From Actinomycetota bacterium (GTDB lineage Bacteria; Actinomycetota; CADDZG01; JAHWKV01): 64,000 nt of DNA. Location of the stretch: the NCBI GenBank assembly GCA_046262935.1, contig JBHELT010000060.1, positions 12,911 to 76,910 on the forward strand, given 5' to 3'. The position numbers were made by a program, and so were the translations under genes. The number at the start of each line of letters is the position of its first letter. Within the stretch, counting starts at the first letter, position 1. Below the pieces are notes generated by a model that saw only the letters and a program-made list of their open reading frames with translations, did no database searches and was not told the DNA's origin. Positions 1-10,376 of this stretch are shown here, piece after piece.

Positions 1-759
1 GGTGACTTCTACATCCAAGTTCTCGACACCATCAAAGCGGCTGTGCCCGACATCCACATTCACGCCTTCAGCCCGCTCGAGATATGGCAAGGCGCCGAAA
101 CGAAGTCTGTGAGCATCAAGGACTTCCTTTGGGAATTGAAAGACCACGGCCTGTCAACGTTGCCGGGGACCGCCGCCGAGATACTCGATGACCGGATCCG
201 CGCAGTCATCTGCCCTGACAAACTCGATACCGCACAATGGTCCATGGTTGCCAGGACCGCCCACTCGTTGGGTCTGCCTATGTCGACAACGATCATGTTC
301 GGGCACGCCGATGATCATGCCTCGTGGGCCCGCCACTTGATGGTCCTTCGCAACATCCAAGGTGAAACCGGCGGTTTCACTGAATTCGTTCCGCTGCCAT
401 TCGTCCACATGGCTGCCCCCATCTTCTTGAAAGGCAAAGCACGCAAGGGGCCGACATTCGAAGAGTCGCTGATGATGCATTCGGTGGCGCGCCTTGCGCT
501 TCACCCTTTGATAACGAACATCCAGGCCTCGTGGGTGAAACTGGGGACCAAGGGGGCCCAGATGGCGCTGAAAGCCGGTTGTAACGATCTTGGCGGCACG
601 TTGATGAACGAGATCATCTCGAGGTCGGCCGGGGCCTCTCACGGGCAGGGCCTCGAGCCGGAAGAGATGGTCGAACTTGCAGCTGGGGTCTCACGACCCG
701 CTCGCCAAAGGACGACTCTCTACGGCTCGGCATCGGATCTGACCGCAGCGTCCCTGTAG
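1..759 (+). CDS. Radical SAM enzyme of the CofH/FbiC (FO synthase) or MqnC/MqnE family, C-terminal part; the 5' end lies outside the window
   Basis: Reading frame is open from base 1. Motifs HIHAFSPLEIWQGA, NDLGGTLMNEIISRSAG and C-terminal RQRTTLYG are typical of the CofH/MqnC radical SAM clade. Confidence 0.55.
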   Translation, partial: GDFYIQVLDTIKAAVPDIHIHAFSPLEIWQGAETKSVSIKDFLWELKDHGLSTLPGTAAEILDDRIRAVICPDKLDTAQWSMVARTAHSLGLPMSTTIMFGHADDHASWARHLMVLRNIQGETGGFTEFVPLPFVHMAAPIFLKGKARKGPTFEESLMMHSVARLALHPLITNIQASWVKLGTKGAQMALKAGCNDLGGTLMNEIISRSAGASHGQGLEPEEMVELAAGVSRPARQRTTLYGSASDLTAASL

Positions 760-790
760 ACCTTTAGACCTCCGCAAATCCGCCTTTCTG

Positions 791-2860
791 ATGGCCCGCC
801 TGCATACCATTGCAGCGATGGCGACCGAATTTGATGAACCCGCGTTCGCGACCGACGAAGAGTTCCAGGCTCGCTTAGACGATCTATTGTCTTCTGCGCT
901 CGAAGACCAGGCTAAGGAGCAGAGGTTCCTGCTCGACATGGTCCAGGGCGCAAGATCTTCGCTGAGCAAGGCCGAAGAGCAGATGACCACCCTGCGCAAG
1001 ATGGTAGAGGCCCGCGACCTAGCGGTTGTCGATCTGCTCGAAGCTAAGCTCTCGGGCCTTGGGTCCCAGGAATCGATCGACGCTGTCTCAGAACGGATCG
1101 AACAGTTGGCCGAGAGCCCGGGGCTCGCCGACCTGATCGAACCACTCGGGGGCCGATTCGAGCAGATCGCGGCGAAGGTAGACGCAGTTGTGACCGCTTT
1201 GAAACCCCTCGATCCGTGGAAGCCTGCCCTCGAGATTCAGAAGAACCTGAGTGAGCGGTTGGATTCGCGCCTCGAGCCCATCGACGCTGCACTTTCAGAG
1301 TTGAGCCAGTTGATCGGCGCCGCGCAAGCCCCACTCATCCAGGCGATCGAGGACTCGACCCGAGCTTCGGGCGACCTCAGCATCAGCAACATGCTCGAGA
1401 TGTCAAGGACGATCGATGGATTCACTTCAGCTATCAAACGCACCGTTGAAGCGCTAAGCGCAAGCGTGCTCGACGCACGGCAAGAGACCGCAAGTGAACT
1501 CGCAACCCTTTCATCCAAACTCAACGATCGATTGACGCAGACGGAAGAAGCCGTTGCCGGAGACGTTGACCTTGTCGAAGACGCTTTGTCGACCTTGATA
1601 ACCACCACCGCAGAGGGGTCTTCTCAGGCCATCTTGGGGGCCATCGGCGTCGCGGCATCCGCATCCACGGATTCCATAACCGAAGCCGTCGCGAGGGGGA
1701 CCGAAGAGCAGATGAGCGCGACCGGCTCGGCGGTGCGGGCGGCTCTGGCTGATCTTCGTGAACTCATCCGCACCCATCGGGAACTCGCAGACGCGAGCGA
1801 CCAAGAGACTGCGGCACTCATCATCGGAACGATCGAAGACTCTAACAGGGCCCAGCTCGACTCGATCGACATCTTGAAGCATCAGCTCGACGAGTCTTTC
1901 GCTCAGCTAAGGACAGGTAACCAGGATGCTGAAGCAAAGGTGTTGACAAGCATCAACGAGATGCTTCAAGCCACCAGTGCCCGTTTGTTCGACCGGATGC
2001 AGACCATAAGGACGGAGGTCGAGCAGATGGGGACCTCGGTCGAGGCCCTTCCGTCGAAGATCGGTTCGGTGGTCGATGAGGCCGCAAAGGCGGTGCTTCC
2101 ATTCACCGAAGAGATGCGCGTTCTTTCCGAACGAGTCAGGCAGAGCAACCGGCGGATAACAGAGTCGAATACTCGCGTTGAGGCGATGAACGATTCGATC
2201 GTCGTCTATCTGGCCGAGCGCGACGAGCGTTTGGAGAAAGCCCGCGATGAGATCTTGCGAGATCTTGTGCTCCAGCTTTCCGAGGACCTGAAGATCAAAG
2301 ACAAGGGAAGACTGGCCGAGGCCATTCACGACGCCGGGGCGCGCCGCAAGGATCGACGCGATGCCGAGCGGTGGCGCGAATTGAACAAGGGCACGGATCT
2401 ATCCACTGAACGCATCGACGAAGTGCGCGATGGCCTGCAGGCCGTACTCACCAGATCGATATTGCGGCCAACCAAAGACGCGGTCATCAAGGCAGAGGCG
2501 GAAACCTTCATCGTCTCCGAGGAACAGGTCACCACGCAGGAACTCGCCCAGCAGGTGGTTGCCCAAGAAAGCTCGGCTCCACCAGCAACGCGAGGGGCCA
2601 GGCAAGTCGATAAACCGGCAGCCAAGAGGCCTAAGGCCAGCGGGCCGAAAGCCTCTTCGCCACCAAAGGCCAAACAAGCCAGGGCCGCTAAGACCCAGGT
2701 GTCGAAGGAGCCAAAAGGCCCATCGGCGCCGAGCAAGACGGAGAAACTCGCCACGGTCAGCACGCTCGACAGGAGCGGCAGGCAACCATCTGGTGGCAGG
2801 ACCAAAACGACAGCCTCGACCAAGCAAGCGCCGAAGGCTCGGAGCAAGCGCACCGTATAA
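791..2860 (+). CDS. Hypothetical long coiled-coil protein with a basic K/P/A-rich, histone H1/HU-tail-like C-terminus
   Basis: 689-aa ORF. Heptad-like E/L/A/Q-rich sequence throughout. Last ~110 aa are PKA/AKK-type repeats (PAAKRPKASGPKASSPPKAKQARAAK). Confidence 0.55.
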   Translation: MARLHTIAAMATEFDEPAFATDEEFQARLDDLLSSALEDQAKEQRFLLDMVQGARSSLSKAEEQMTTLRKMVEARDLAVVDLLEAKLSGLGSQESIDAVSERIEQLAESPGLADLIEPLGGRFEQIAAKVDAVVTALKPLDPWKPALEIQKNLSERLDSRLEPIDAALSELSQLIGAAQAPLIQAIEDSTRASGDLSISNMLEMSRTIDGFTSAIKRTVEALSASVLDARQETASELATLSSKLNDRLTQTEEAVAGDVDLVEDALSTLITTTAEGSSQAILGAIGVAASASTDSITEAVARGTEEQMSATGSAVRAALADLRELIRTHRELADASDQETAALIIGTIEDSNRAQLDSIDILKHQLDESFAQLRTGNQDAEAKVLTSINEMLQATSARLFDRMQTIRTEVEQMGTSVEALPSKIGSVVDEAAKAVLPFTEEMRVLSERVRQSNRRITESNTRVEAMNDSIVVYLAERDERLEKARDEILRDLVLQLSEDLKIKDKGRLAEAIHDAGARRKDRRDAERWRELNKGTDLSTERIDEVRDGLQAVLTRSILRPTKDAVIKAEAETFIVSEEQVTTQELAQQVVAQESSAPPATRGARQVDKPAAKRPKASGPKASSPPKAKQARAAKTQVSKEPKGPSAPSKTEKLATVSTLDRSGRQPSGGRTKTTASTKQAPKARSKRTV

Positions 2861-2897
2861 TCCAAAGATCCCACCCAAGTCAGGGTCTTGATCTCGC

Positions 2898-5800
2898 ATG
2901 GATGAACTAGAAACTGTTCTGCAGCCGCGCGTTCTTGCGGTCGTGGTCACTCATAACGGCAAAAGATGGCTGGGCGAGTCATTGAAGGCGCTTGCGCAAA
3001 GTCTCTTCACGCCCGACATCGTCGTGGTAGACAGCGGATCAGATGTGCCGGCGGCCCCAGTCGTCGAAAAGACATTGCCGGGTGCCGAGTTCTTCAGGAT
3101 CAATCGCAACGTCGGCTTCGGTACGGCAGCCAACCATGGTCTAGAGGCTTCCGAAAAGGCCCCCGAAGCGGACTTCTTCTTGTTCATGCACGACGATGTT
3201 GTGGTCGAACCCGAGACCATCAGCCTGCTTCTCGCCGCAGCGCTCGAAACCGAGGCTGGGATAGTCGGCGGCAAGGCTCTGGACTGGGACCACCACGAGA
3301 CGCTCCTCGAAGTTGGGATGAGTGCCGACCAGTTCGGTTACCCGTTCAGCGGACTTGAAGAAGGCGAGATCGACCAGGGACAGCACGACTCACGCCGCGA
3401 GACCTTGTACATATCAAGCGCCTGCATGCTGGTTTCGAAACAATTGGTCGAAAGAGTTGGCCTTTGGGATGGAGGCTTCTTCGCTTTCGCCGAAGATCTC
3501 GATCTTTGCACACGTGCGCGCATCTCGGGATTCAAAGTGGTTGTTCAGCCCGGTGCTTCATTCCGTCACGCCCTTGCACTGAGCCGGAAACAGCGCCCCA
3601 CTGCTGCGGCGAACAAGATCCGGTACTACACGCGGCTCAACCGATCGAGACTAATCGCGAAGAACGTGGCCGCCTATCGCATGCCTTTTATCTTGCTCAT
3701 CTACACGGCGATCGGCCTCGCGGAGATATTGCTGCTCACCTTGTTCAGGAGGTTCGATGAACTGCCCGCGTATCCAAGGGCACTCGGCGCTTTCGTAGTT
3801 TCGATACCAGACATAGCGCGTCGACGAAGAGCGGTGCAGAAAAGGAGGGCAGCGCCTGACCGTCGATTAAGAAGATTCATGGTGAAGGATCTTCACCGCG
3901 CTCGCGTGTTCCTGGAGAAACATCTGCGAGACCTGGAGGTGGGTACGCTGGCGTTCGCCGGCAGGGCGATCTCGAGATTGAGTCCTGCCTCGCTTAAAGA
4001 AGCTTCCGGTCGTTGGATCCGAAAGCCCGGCTCGATCCCGCTTACCGTGATAGCGGCAGTGTTTCTGTTCGCGATCCGATGGTTGGTCACATCGGGACAG
4101 ATCGCGGCTGGCGGGCTATGGCCGATGCCCGATGCAACTCACAAGTTGCTCACCAACTATCTGGCTGGCTGGAGAGGTGTTGGTCTTGGAACCACCTCTG
4201 CGGCCCCTCCCGCACTCCTTGTCTTGTGGCTTGTAACAGTTGTGTCTTTCGGAAAGGCGGTGCTTGCTCAGAAGTTGCTGATCGTCTTGCTGACTGGGAT
4301 CGGTCTTTTCGGAATGAACCGTTTCGTTGCGCGCAGAACGTCATCGACGACTGCCAGGGTCTTCGCGGTTGCGATCTACGCCCTGGGCCCAGTCATGGAA
4401 TCGATCATGACCAAGGCAGACCTTGGCGGCCTCGCCGCATTCGCCTTCGTGCCCTTCATCTTAGAGATCGGTCTTCGGATGCTTGGCCCAACGCCTGGTG
4501 AGGGCGGCGACCGTCCCTCGACCGCGCCAACGTTTGACGCGATGTCGCGAGACTTGATGCGCCTTTGCTTGATGAGCGCGCTGCTCATCTGTTTCGCTCC
4601 GAGCGCGGTCGCTGCGCTGGTAGCGCTTTGGTTGATCGCGGGACTGCATCTGATGGTCGGCGCGTGGGACCGCAGAGACCTGGCAAGGAGGATGCGCTGG
4701 GTCTTGGCATCGATCCCGGCGGCTTTGATCATCCTGATGCCCTGGTCCATCGAGATCTTCCATGCCAGTGGATCCGCTCTCGCCCCGCTGTTGTCGTCGG
4801 CGACGGGAACCTTCGCGCCGTTGTGGGTGAGTGCGGACATCGCTCCGTTCATCTTCCTAGCGAAGCGAGGTGACTTCATCGGATCAGCGGTTGTGATCGC
4901 GTCGGTCGTTGGTGCCCTCGTCCTTACCGGCCCATCGCGTCGAAGGGAAAGCAGACTGCTAGTCGTTGCGTGGTTATTCTTCGGCGCGATCGGTGCTACC
5001 GCCGCTCTCGGATTCATCCCCAGTCCTGTTACTTCACCAACGATGTGGATGACATTCTCGGCGGTGTTCGCAGCGGCTCTCGCAGGCCATCTGATGGCTG
5101 GCATCAGGGAAGAGCTGCCCAACCACTCCTTCGGAGTAAGACATGTGCTGGCTTTCATTGCGATCGCAGCGGTGGTCGGGGGGGCCGGGTGGGAATGGCT
5201 GCCCAGGATCGGCGACTGGCACAAACCACCCAGCTCTTTCGCGGCTAAGACCTCTGAAGCGTCGGCTTCGATATCTTCATACCTCACATCGACCGCCGAA
5301 CAGGTTGGTGACTTCCGGGTTCTTTGGCTGGGCGATCGATGGGTCGATCCCATCCGCAGCGGCTCTCGCCGTATGGATGAAACGAAGTATCTGCTGACCG
5401 GTCCTAGTGGGCTGTCGATGTTGGATGCCTTTGCGGCCCCCAAGTCGCAGGGGGAGACCAAACTCGACGCGACGATCGAAGCGATGTCGAAGCGGCGCCT
5501 TCATCTCGCCGGACACCTACTTGCGCCGACCAGCATCAGATTCATCATCGTCGATCCCAACGATGATGAATCTATGGCCACTCTTCGAGGCCAGCGCGAC
5601 ATCGCACTCGAGCAGCAGCAAGGTTCTATCGCTATCTTTCGAAATCTCGAGTGGCTGCCGAGGGCTGCCCTCGCGCCTGTCGGATTGAGAGACGCGATCG
5701 GAAGCGAAGCCGGCGCTACGAGGAAGTTGATGCTGTCGGAATGGTCAGGCGGAAGATCACTTCCATCTTCGGGGGAGTCATCGTTCAACGGTGAACTGCC

Positions 5801-6068
5801 AAGGACGCGGCACTCGGCTCTGTTGATAGATGAGAACTTCAACGGCGCATTCAAAGCGCGCGTCGCGGGAGCGGTGCTTCCTCACCACCAGGTATTCGGA
5901 TGGGCTAACCGGTTCGACCTTCCGGCCAACGGAAGAGGCGAGGTAAGTGTTGTGTTCACGCGCGGCTGGCTACGAACGTTGTGGCTTGTGTTCCAAGCCC
6001 TTGTCCTCGCAGTGGCGATCGGCGCTGCCCGCGGGGGCCGTGTAGACATCAAGGGACGACTCTCGTGA
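2898..6068 (+). CDS. Family-2 glycosyltransferase (WbbL-like N-terminal domain) fused to a large polytopic membrane domain
   Basis: N-terminus VVVTHNGKRWLGESL...IVVVDSGSDV with FMHDDVVVEPE (GT2 DxD region). Followed by >10 predicted TM helices and a ~350-aa C-terminal domain. Confidence 0.7.
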   Translation: MDELETVLQPRVLAVVVTHNGKRWLGESLKALAQSLFTPDIVVVDSGSDVPAAPVVEKTLPGAEFFRINRNVGFGTAANHGLEASEKAPEADFFLFMHDDVVVEPETISLLLAAALETEAGIVGGKALDWDHHETLLEVGMSADQFGYPFSGLEEGEIDQGQHDSRRETLYISSACMLVSKQLVERVGLWDGGFFAFAEDLDLCTRARISGFKVVVQPGASFRHALALSRKQRPTAAANKIRYYTRLNRSRLIAKNVAAYRMPFILLIYTAIGLAEILLLTLFRRFDELPAYPRALGAFVVSIPDIARRRRAVQKRRAAPDRRLRRFMVKDLHRARVFLEKHLRDLEVGTLAFAGRAISRLSPASLKEASGRWIRKPGSIPLTVIAAVFLFAIRWLVTSGQIAAGGLWPMPDATHKLLTNYLAGWRGVGLGTTSAAPPALLVLWLVTVVSFGKAVLAQKLLIVLLTGIGLFGMNRFVARRTSSTTARVFAVAIYALGPVMESIMTKADLGGLAAFAFVPFILEIGLRMLGPTPGEGGDRPSTAPTFDAMSRDLMRLCLMSALLICFAPSAVAALVALWLIAGLHLMVGAWDRRDLARRMRWVLASIPAALIILMPWSIEIFHASGSALAPLLSSATGTFAPLWVSADIAPFIFLAKRGDFIGSAVVIASVVGALVLTGPSRRRESRLLVVAWLFFGAIGATAALGFIPSPVTSPTMWMTFSAVFAAALAGHLMAGIREELPNHSFGVRHVLAFIAIAAVVGGAGWEWLPRIGDWHKPPSSFAAKTSEASASISSYLTSTAEQVGDFRVLWLGDRWVDPIRSGSRRMDETKYLLTGPSGLSMLDAFAAPKSQGETKLDATIEAMSKRRLHLAGHLLAPTSIRFIIVDPNDDESMATLRGQRDIALEQQQGSIAIFRNLEWLPRAALAPVGLRDAIGSEAGATRKLMLSEWSGGRSLPSSGESSFNGELPRTRHSALLIDENFNGAFKARVAGAVLPHHQVFGWANRFDLPANGRGEVSVVFTRGWLRTLWLVFQALVLAVAIGAARGGRVDIKGRLS

Positions 6069-6079
6069 GACGGTTCGAG

Positions 6080-7453
6080 ATGGCGTTTTTGCTGGTGGTG
6101 ATAGCCGCCATGGGTGCAGTGATGTTCGCGGGCGACAAGGTTCCCAGCAAGAAGGTGGATGAAAGGCCCGTGGGCGCCATCGACTTTCTGTCTACCGGTT
6201 GGTACTGCCCGTCGCCCGACGTTGGGGGCCTCGATGCCCACATCGCAACAACTAACGTTGGCGATGAACGGGTCCACCTGCGCGTGAGAGCCATAGGAAG
6301 TGGGCGTTCTTCAACCCCAGCGGAGTCGGATCTGGCCGCCGAAAAACGATCGACCGTGCGCTTGAAGGATCTTGGGGTGCCGCAATCGGTCGGACTAACC
6401 GAGGCCTTCGGTTCGGCTGCTACGAACGATCTGACCGTACTTGGTGATGGCGGACTCGCCACTTCGCGATGCAGTACTCAGCCGTGGGATCGATGGTACT
6501 TCGCCAACGCATCCACCTCGCGCGGCACCAACACTTATCTGTTGATCGCGAACCCTTTCCAAGAAGAAGCAGTTGTGAACATACGATTGCTGATGCCAAC
6601 AGGTGAGTCTTCACCCGCTCGCCTCAAGGACATCCTGATACCAAGATCGAGCCAGGCGAGCATCTTGCTGGCTGAGTTCGTGCCAGAATCCCCAACATTC
6701 GGTGTAGAAGTCGTGGCCACACAGGGACGCGTTGTCACTTCCCGTTTCGTCCAGGCTGCCAGCAGAGACGGTACCAAAGGTATCTCACTCGATGTGGGGC
6801 AACGACTTGCATCAGCAAAGTGGTTCTTCGCCGGCGGACATGTTCCCGCCGATGGTGAGGAAACGGTGCAGTTGGCCAACCCAACCGACTCCGAAGCACT
6901 TGTGCAGGTCATCTTTGTGACAGATACCGATCAGATCTCGCCGCAGCAGCTTCAAGAGATCCAGGTCCCTGCGGGTTCTCAATCGAGCATCAAGGTCTCC
7001 GATCTCCTACCGCGTGGGACCAAACATTCCACGATCGTGTCTGTCACCAACGACTCGAAGGTCATTTCCGAAGTGACAACTGTCGAGGCCGTGGGTCCCG
7101 GCAAGGGGATAGAGATCGCTACCGGGGTCCCCGACGGCGGTCAGAAGTGGGAGCTGGCTGTTGGATCTCCTGCCGGTGGAACCCAGACGATCGATCTTCT
7201 CAACACAACCACATCGCCGCTGGTTGCAAAGATCGCGATCATCGGCGCGAATGGTTTGTCACGACCGGCCGAACTCAGCGATGTAAAGGTTGCAGGGGGC
7301 CGCCGGGTCTCGATAGACCTAACCCCCTACCTTGCTGGCGGTTCCGGCGCGGTGTTGGTTGAGACCAATCTCGGTTCGATCGCGGTTGCCGGACATCTTG
7401 TGCTCGGCCCGCCTTATGCAGACTTCGCCGATCAGGTGGCACAATCGTTCTAA
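6080..7453 (+). CDS. Hypothetical exported, membrane-anchored protein with repeated beta-rich modules
   Basis: Start ATG at 6080 (MAFLLVVIAAMGAVMFAG), four bases after the GT2 gene stop (co-transcribed; no frame overlap). N-terminal TM anchor. No catalytic motifs recognised. Confidence 0.55.
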   Translation: MAFLLVVIAAMGAVMFAGDKVPSKKVDERPVGAIDFLSTGWYCPSPDVGGLDAHIATTNVGDERVHLRVRAIGSGRSSTPAESDLAAEKRSTVRLKDLGVPQSVGLTEAFGSAATNDLTVLGDGGLATSRCSTQPWDRWYFANASTSRGTNTYLLIANPFQEEAVVNIRLLMPTGESSPARLKDILIPRSSQASILLAEFVPESPTFGVEVVATQGRVVTSRFVQAASRDGTKGISLDVGQRLASAKWFFAGGHVPADGEETVQLANPTDSEALVQVIFVTDTDQISPQQLQEIQVPAGSQSSIKVSDLLPRGTKHSTIVSVTNDSKVISEVTTVEAVGPGKGIEIATGVPDGGQKWELAVGSPAGGTQTIDLLNTTTSPLVAKIAIIGANGLSRPAELSDVKVAGGRRVSIDLTPYLAGGSGAVLVETNLGSIAVAGHLVLGPPYADFADQVAQSF

Positions 7454-7455
7454 CG

Positions 7456-7833
7456 CTATGCCCAGCCGAGTTCGGCCAACCTGTCGTCACTGATCCCGAA
7501 ATGGTGGGCGATCTCGTGGATAACCGTGCGCTTGATGGTCCTCCTGATACCTTCGAGTGAATCGCTCGATCGTTCGATATTTCGTTGGTAGAGCGAGATC
7601 CGATCGGGCAGGACTCCGTAGTAATGGGTTCCCCGGTCGGTGAGGGGGACCCCAACGTACAGACCGAGCAACTGCGTGCTCGCATCTTCGAACCTTGCAG
7701 AGGTGGCGGAGTCGGGGACTTCTTCAACGAGAACTTCGACGTTTGACATGTGGGCCGAGATGTCTTCGGGCAGGCCATCTAGAGCTTCTTCGACCAAGGC
7801 TTTGAAGGCCGCCGGCTCCATGGTGATCCTCAC
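7456..7833 (-). CDS. Small zinc metallopeptidase-family protein (HExxH)
   Basis: 125 aa; C-terminal VIHEIAHHFGISDDRLAELGW is the signature of the conserved actinobacterial metallopeptidase-family protein. Confidence 0.8.
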   Translation of the reverse strand: MRITMEPAAFKALVEEALDGLPEDISAHMSNVEVLVEEVPDSATSARFEDASTQLLGLYVGVPLTDRGTHYYGVLPDRISLYQRNIERSSDSLEGIRRTIKRTVIHEIAHHFGISDDRLAELGWA

Positions 7834-7860
7834 GCCGTCACGATAGCGACTGAGCGGCGG

Positions 7861-9150
7861 GTGTGCTTTCCAAAATCACGACAATCGGTGACAATGGGAC
7901 ATTCTCTTGAGGGCAATCGAAACCAAATGACCAACGACGTTATACCTTCGCGCCATTACCAGAAGCTGGGTTGGATCACCGGCATCGTGCTGTGCTTTCT
8001 GATCGCAGGAGCAGGGGTCGCTGCTGCCGCGCTTCGCTTCGACGCCAAAGGACGCGACGTGATCTTGAACGGCATCTCCGTGGGCGGGGTGCCGGTTGGA
8101 GGCCTGCCGGTCACGAAAGCAAGGGCCGAAGTCACCAAGACGTTCGATGAGTCTCTCGACAGATCGCTGACCATCGAGATCCAGGGCCGTTACTTCGCAA
8201 CTTCGGCGCGCGACTTGGGTGCGACAACCGATGCTCTCGCCCGCCTCGACGAGGCAACGTCGCTTCGAGGCGCAATGTCGATCCCTCACCGCGTTTGGTT
8301 AGGTGTTACTCGTGGAACTCTGTCAAAGGATCTCGATGTCAAGGTGGCTTACAACACCGAGAAGATCGATTCTTTCGTCAAAGACATCGAAGGCTCCGTT
8401 AACATACCCGCAACCGAGCCGTCCATCTCTTTCGTCGATGGCGCGCTTCGGATCATTGAAGGCAAGCCGGGGTTCAAGCTCGATCACGCCGGCGCGGTGA
8501 AGTCCATACATGATGCACTTGTTCGCCAGATGACAGAGGTCCACTTAGAGGGCAAGCAGACCCTGGTGGGGTCCTCGATCGGCCCGATCAAAGATGTACT
8601 CGTGGTGAAGATCGGCGAGAACAAGCTGCTTCACTACCAAGGACAGGAACTCGTCAAGACCTACGATGTCGCGACCGGGATGAGTCAATATCGAACACCG
8701 ACGGGAACGTTCAAGATCGTCAACAAACGGCTGAAGCCCACTTGGGTGAATCCAGCGAAGTATCCGGGGGGCTGGGGCTTCAACCTGCCGGCCTCGATAC
8801 CTTCCGGGCCAGGTAACCCATTGGGAACCAGGGCCATGGACCTTAACTCCGCGGGGATCCGGATCCATGGAACCTACTCGGCGTACTCGATGGGTTATAA
8901 CGCGTCTCATGGATGTATCCGCATGCGCATCGCCGACTCCGAAGAACTGTTCGACCTTGTCCCTGTTGGCACCCCGGTGTTGATAGTGCAGACCGCCGCG
9001 TACCGGCCATTGCCTTCGCGGTTGCGGGCGACCAAGCCCGAACCCATCGCCGAAGCCGATGGTACCCAAGTGCCAGGGCAACCTCAGTCCACTCCATCAC
9101 CATCTCCTACGGCAACACAATCTCCTGCGACAACACCTATCGTCCACTAG
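7861..9150 (+). CDS. L,D-transpeptidase (YkuD domain) with an N-terminal membrane anchor
   Basis: Catalytic motif RIHGTYSAYSMGYNASHGCIRM. TM segment GWITGIVLCFLIAGAGVAAAAL. Alternative starts at 7894 or 7927. Confidence 0.8.
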   Translation: MCFPKSRQSVTMGHSLEGNRNQMTNDVIPSRHYQKLGWITGIVLCFLIAGAGVAAAALRFDAKGRDVILNGISVGGVPVGGLPVTKARAEVTKTFDESLDRSLTIEIQGRYFATSARDLGATTDALARLDEATSLRGAMSIPHRVWLGVTRGTLSKDLDVKVAYNTEKIDSFVKDIEGSVNIPATEPSISFVDGALRIIEGKPGFKLDHAGAVKSIHDALVRQMTEVHLEGKQTLVGSSIGPIKDVLVVKIGENKLLHYQGQELVKTYDVATGMSQYRTPTGTFKIVNKRLKPTWVNPAKYPGGWGFNLPASIPSGPGNPLGTRAMDLNSAGIRIHGTYSAYSMGYNASHGCIRMRIADSEELFDLVPVGTPVLIVQTAAYRPLPSRLRATKPEPIAEADGTQVPGQPQSTPSPSPTATQSPATTPIVH

Positions 9151-9162
9151 AAAGGCTCGCTG

Positions 9163-10269
9163 ATGTTTCCGAAATCAGAAGGCGTAGTCACCAAGCAAGC
9201 TCACGTTGCCGTGCCCGACGGAACGTATGAAGATGAACATGGTCGAGAGGCTTTCGCCGGAAGGGCATCGCATCTTTACCGAACGCATCCGCCCACCGCT
9301 TGGGTGCGCATCGTTGGGGACCTGAGGCCGCACGCCTTCGATCTGAATGCGGTGAAGGCCGCTGACCAAGTGGGTTCCAACGGTGAGTGGACCAAGATCC
9401 TGGGCAACGACAAATGCCGGATCTATGTGTCGCGACCGAACGAGCCGATGGCTTACTTCCTGCGTGATGCCGATGGTGACATCTGCTACTTCGTCCACGA
9501 AGGAAGTGGCGTGATGGAAACAGACTACGGACCATTGACCTTCGAGCCAGGCGATTACCTCATCGTTCCCAAAGGCACTACGCATCGAATGGTCCCAGAC
9601 GGGGAGAGTTTCTTCCTTGTGATCGAGGGGACCGGCGAGTATTCGATCCCAGATCGCGGCTTGCTCGGCAAACATGCGCAATTCGATTCCGGTGTTCTTG
9701 TGACCCCCCAGCCCGATCCTCATGACGAGGAAGGCGAATTCGAAGTAAGGGTGAAACATTCAGAAACCTACACATCTCTCTTCTTCAAGTGGCATCCACT
9801 CGATGTAGTTGGATGGCAGGGCGACCTTTGTCCCATCAAGCTCAACGTGCGCGACTATCGTCCGGTGATCTCTCCGCGCTATCACCTGCCGCCGTCGGCC
9901 CATTGCACATGGCAGAACGATGGGTTCGCCATCTGCACGTTCGCTCCGAGACCTCTCGAAGAAGACCCCGATGTTCTGCGCGTGCCCTTCTATCACGCGA
10001 ACATCGACAACGACGAGGTGCTCTTTTACCACGATGGCGAGTTCTTCAGCCGTCCCGGGATCGGCAAAGGCAAGATGACCCTTCATCCGCAAGGCATCCA
10101 TCACGGCCCCCAGCCGGCTGCGATCGAAGCGTCCAAGACCAAACACCGTACCAATGAGGTCGCAGTGATGATCGAAGTCGAGGAACCTTTGGTCATCGCC
10201 CCGGAAGCCGCCGCGGTGCGCGACGACTCATACGATTATTCCTGGGCCAGAGGGATGGGGATCATCTAA
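9163..10269 (+). CDS. Homogentisate 1,2-dioxygenase-like cupin protein (short form)
   Basis: Segments SHLYRTHPP, DGDICYFVHEGSGVMETDYGPLTFEPGDYLIVPKGTTHR and VPFYHANIDNDEV resemble HGD motifs. A FAH-family gene lies next to it (tyrosine catabolism pair). Confidence 0.6.
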   Translation: MFPKSEGVVTKQAHVAVPDGTYEDEHGREAFAGRASHLYRTHPPTAWVRIVGDLRPHAFDLNAVKAADQVGSNGEWTKILGNDKCRIYVSRPNEPMAYFLRDADGDICYFVHEGSGVMETDYGPLTFEPGDYLIVPKGTTHRMVPDGESFFLVIEGTGEYSIPDRGLLGKHAQFDSGVLVTPQPDPHDEEGEFEVRVKHSETYTSLFFKWHPLDVVGWQGDLCPIKLNVRDYRPVISPRYHLPPSAHCTWQNDGFAICTFAPRPLEEDPDVLRVPFYHANIDNDEVLFYHDGEFFSRPGIGKGKMTLHPQGIHHGPQPAAIEASKTKHRTNEVAVMIEVEEPLVIAPEAAAVRDDSYDYSWARGMGII

Positions 10270-10273
10270 CGAA

Positions 10274-10376
10274 GGTCGCTAAGCGACCGTATTGCCCAGC
10301 ACCCATATGCCTTCGACCTCCGGTTCGATCGTGTCACCTGGTTCGAGATATCGACCGCCTTGGTCCAGCATGCAGC
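10274..10376 (-). pseudogene. Orphan copy of the last ~33 codons plus stop of the FAH-family gene (displaced 3' end)
   Basis: Minus-strand translation ...GCMLDQGGRYLEPGDTIEPEVEGIWVLGNTVA* matches the FAH C-terminus. ~96% nucleotide identity to 11657..11761. Confidence 0.75.

Noticed and set aside
4376-5461. Long antisense ORFs opposite real genes (for example 4376..5461, 8545..9081, 46380..46979, 53860..54663, 2399..2950)
   Set aside because: Typical high-GC shadow ORFs: Arg/Pro/Ala-rich, no motifs, fully embedded in well-supported genes on the other strand.
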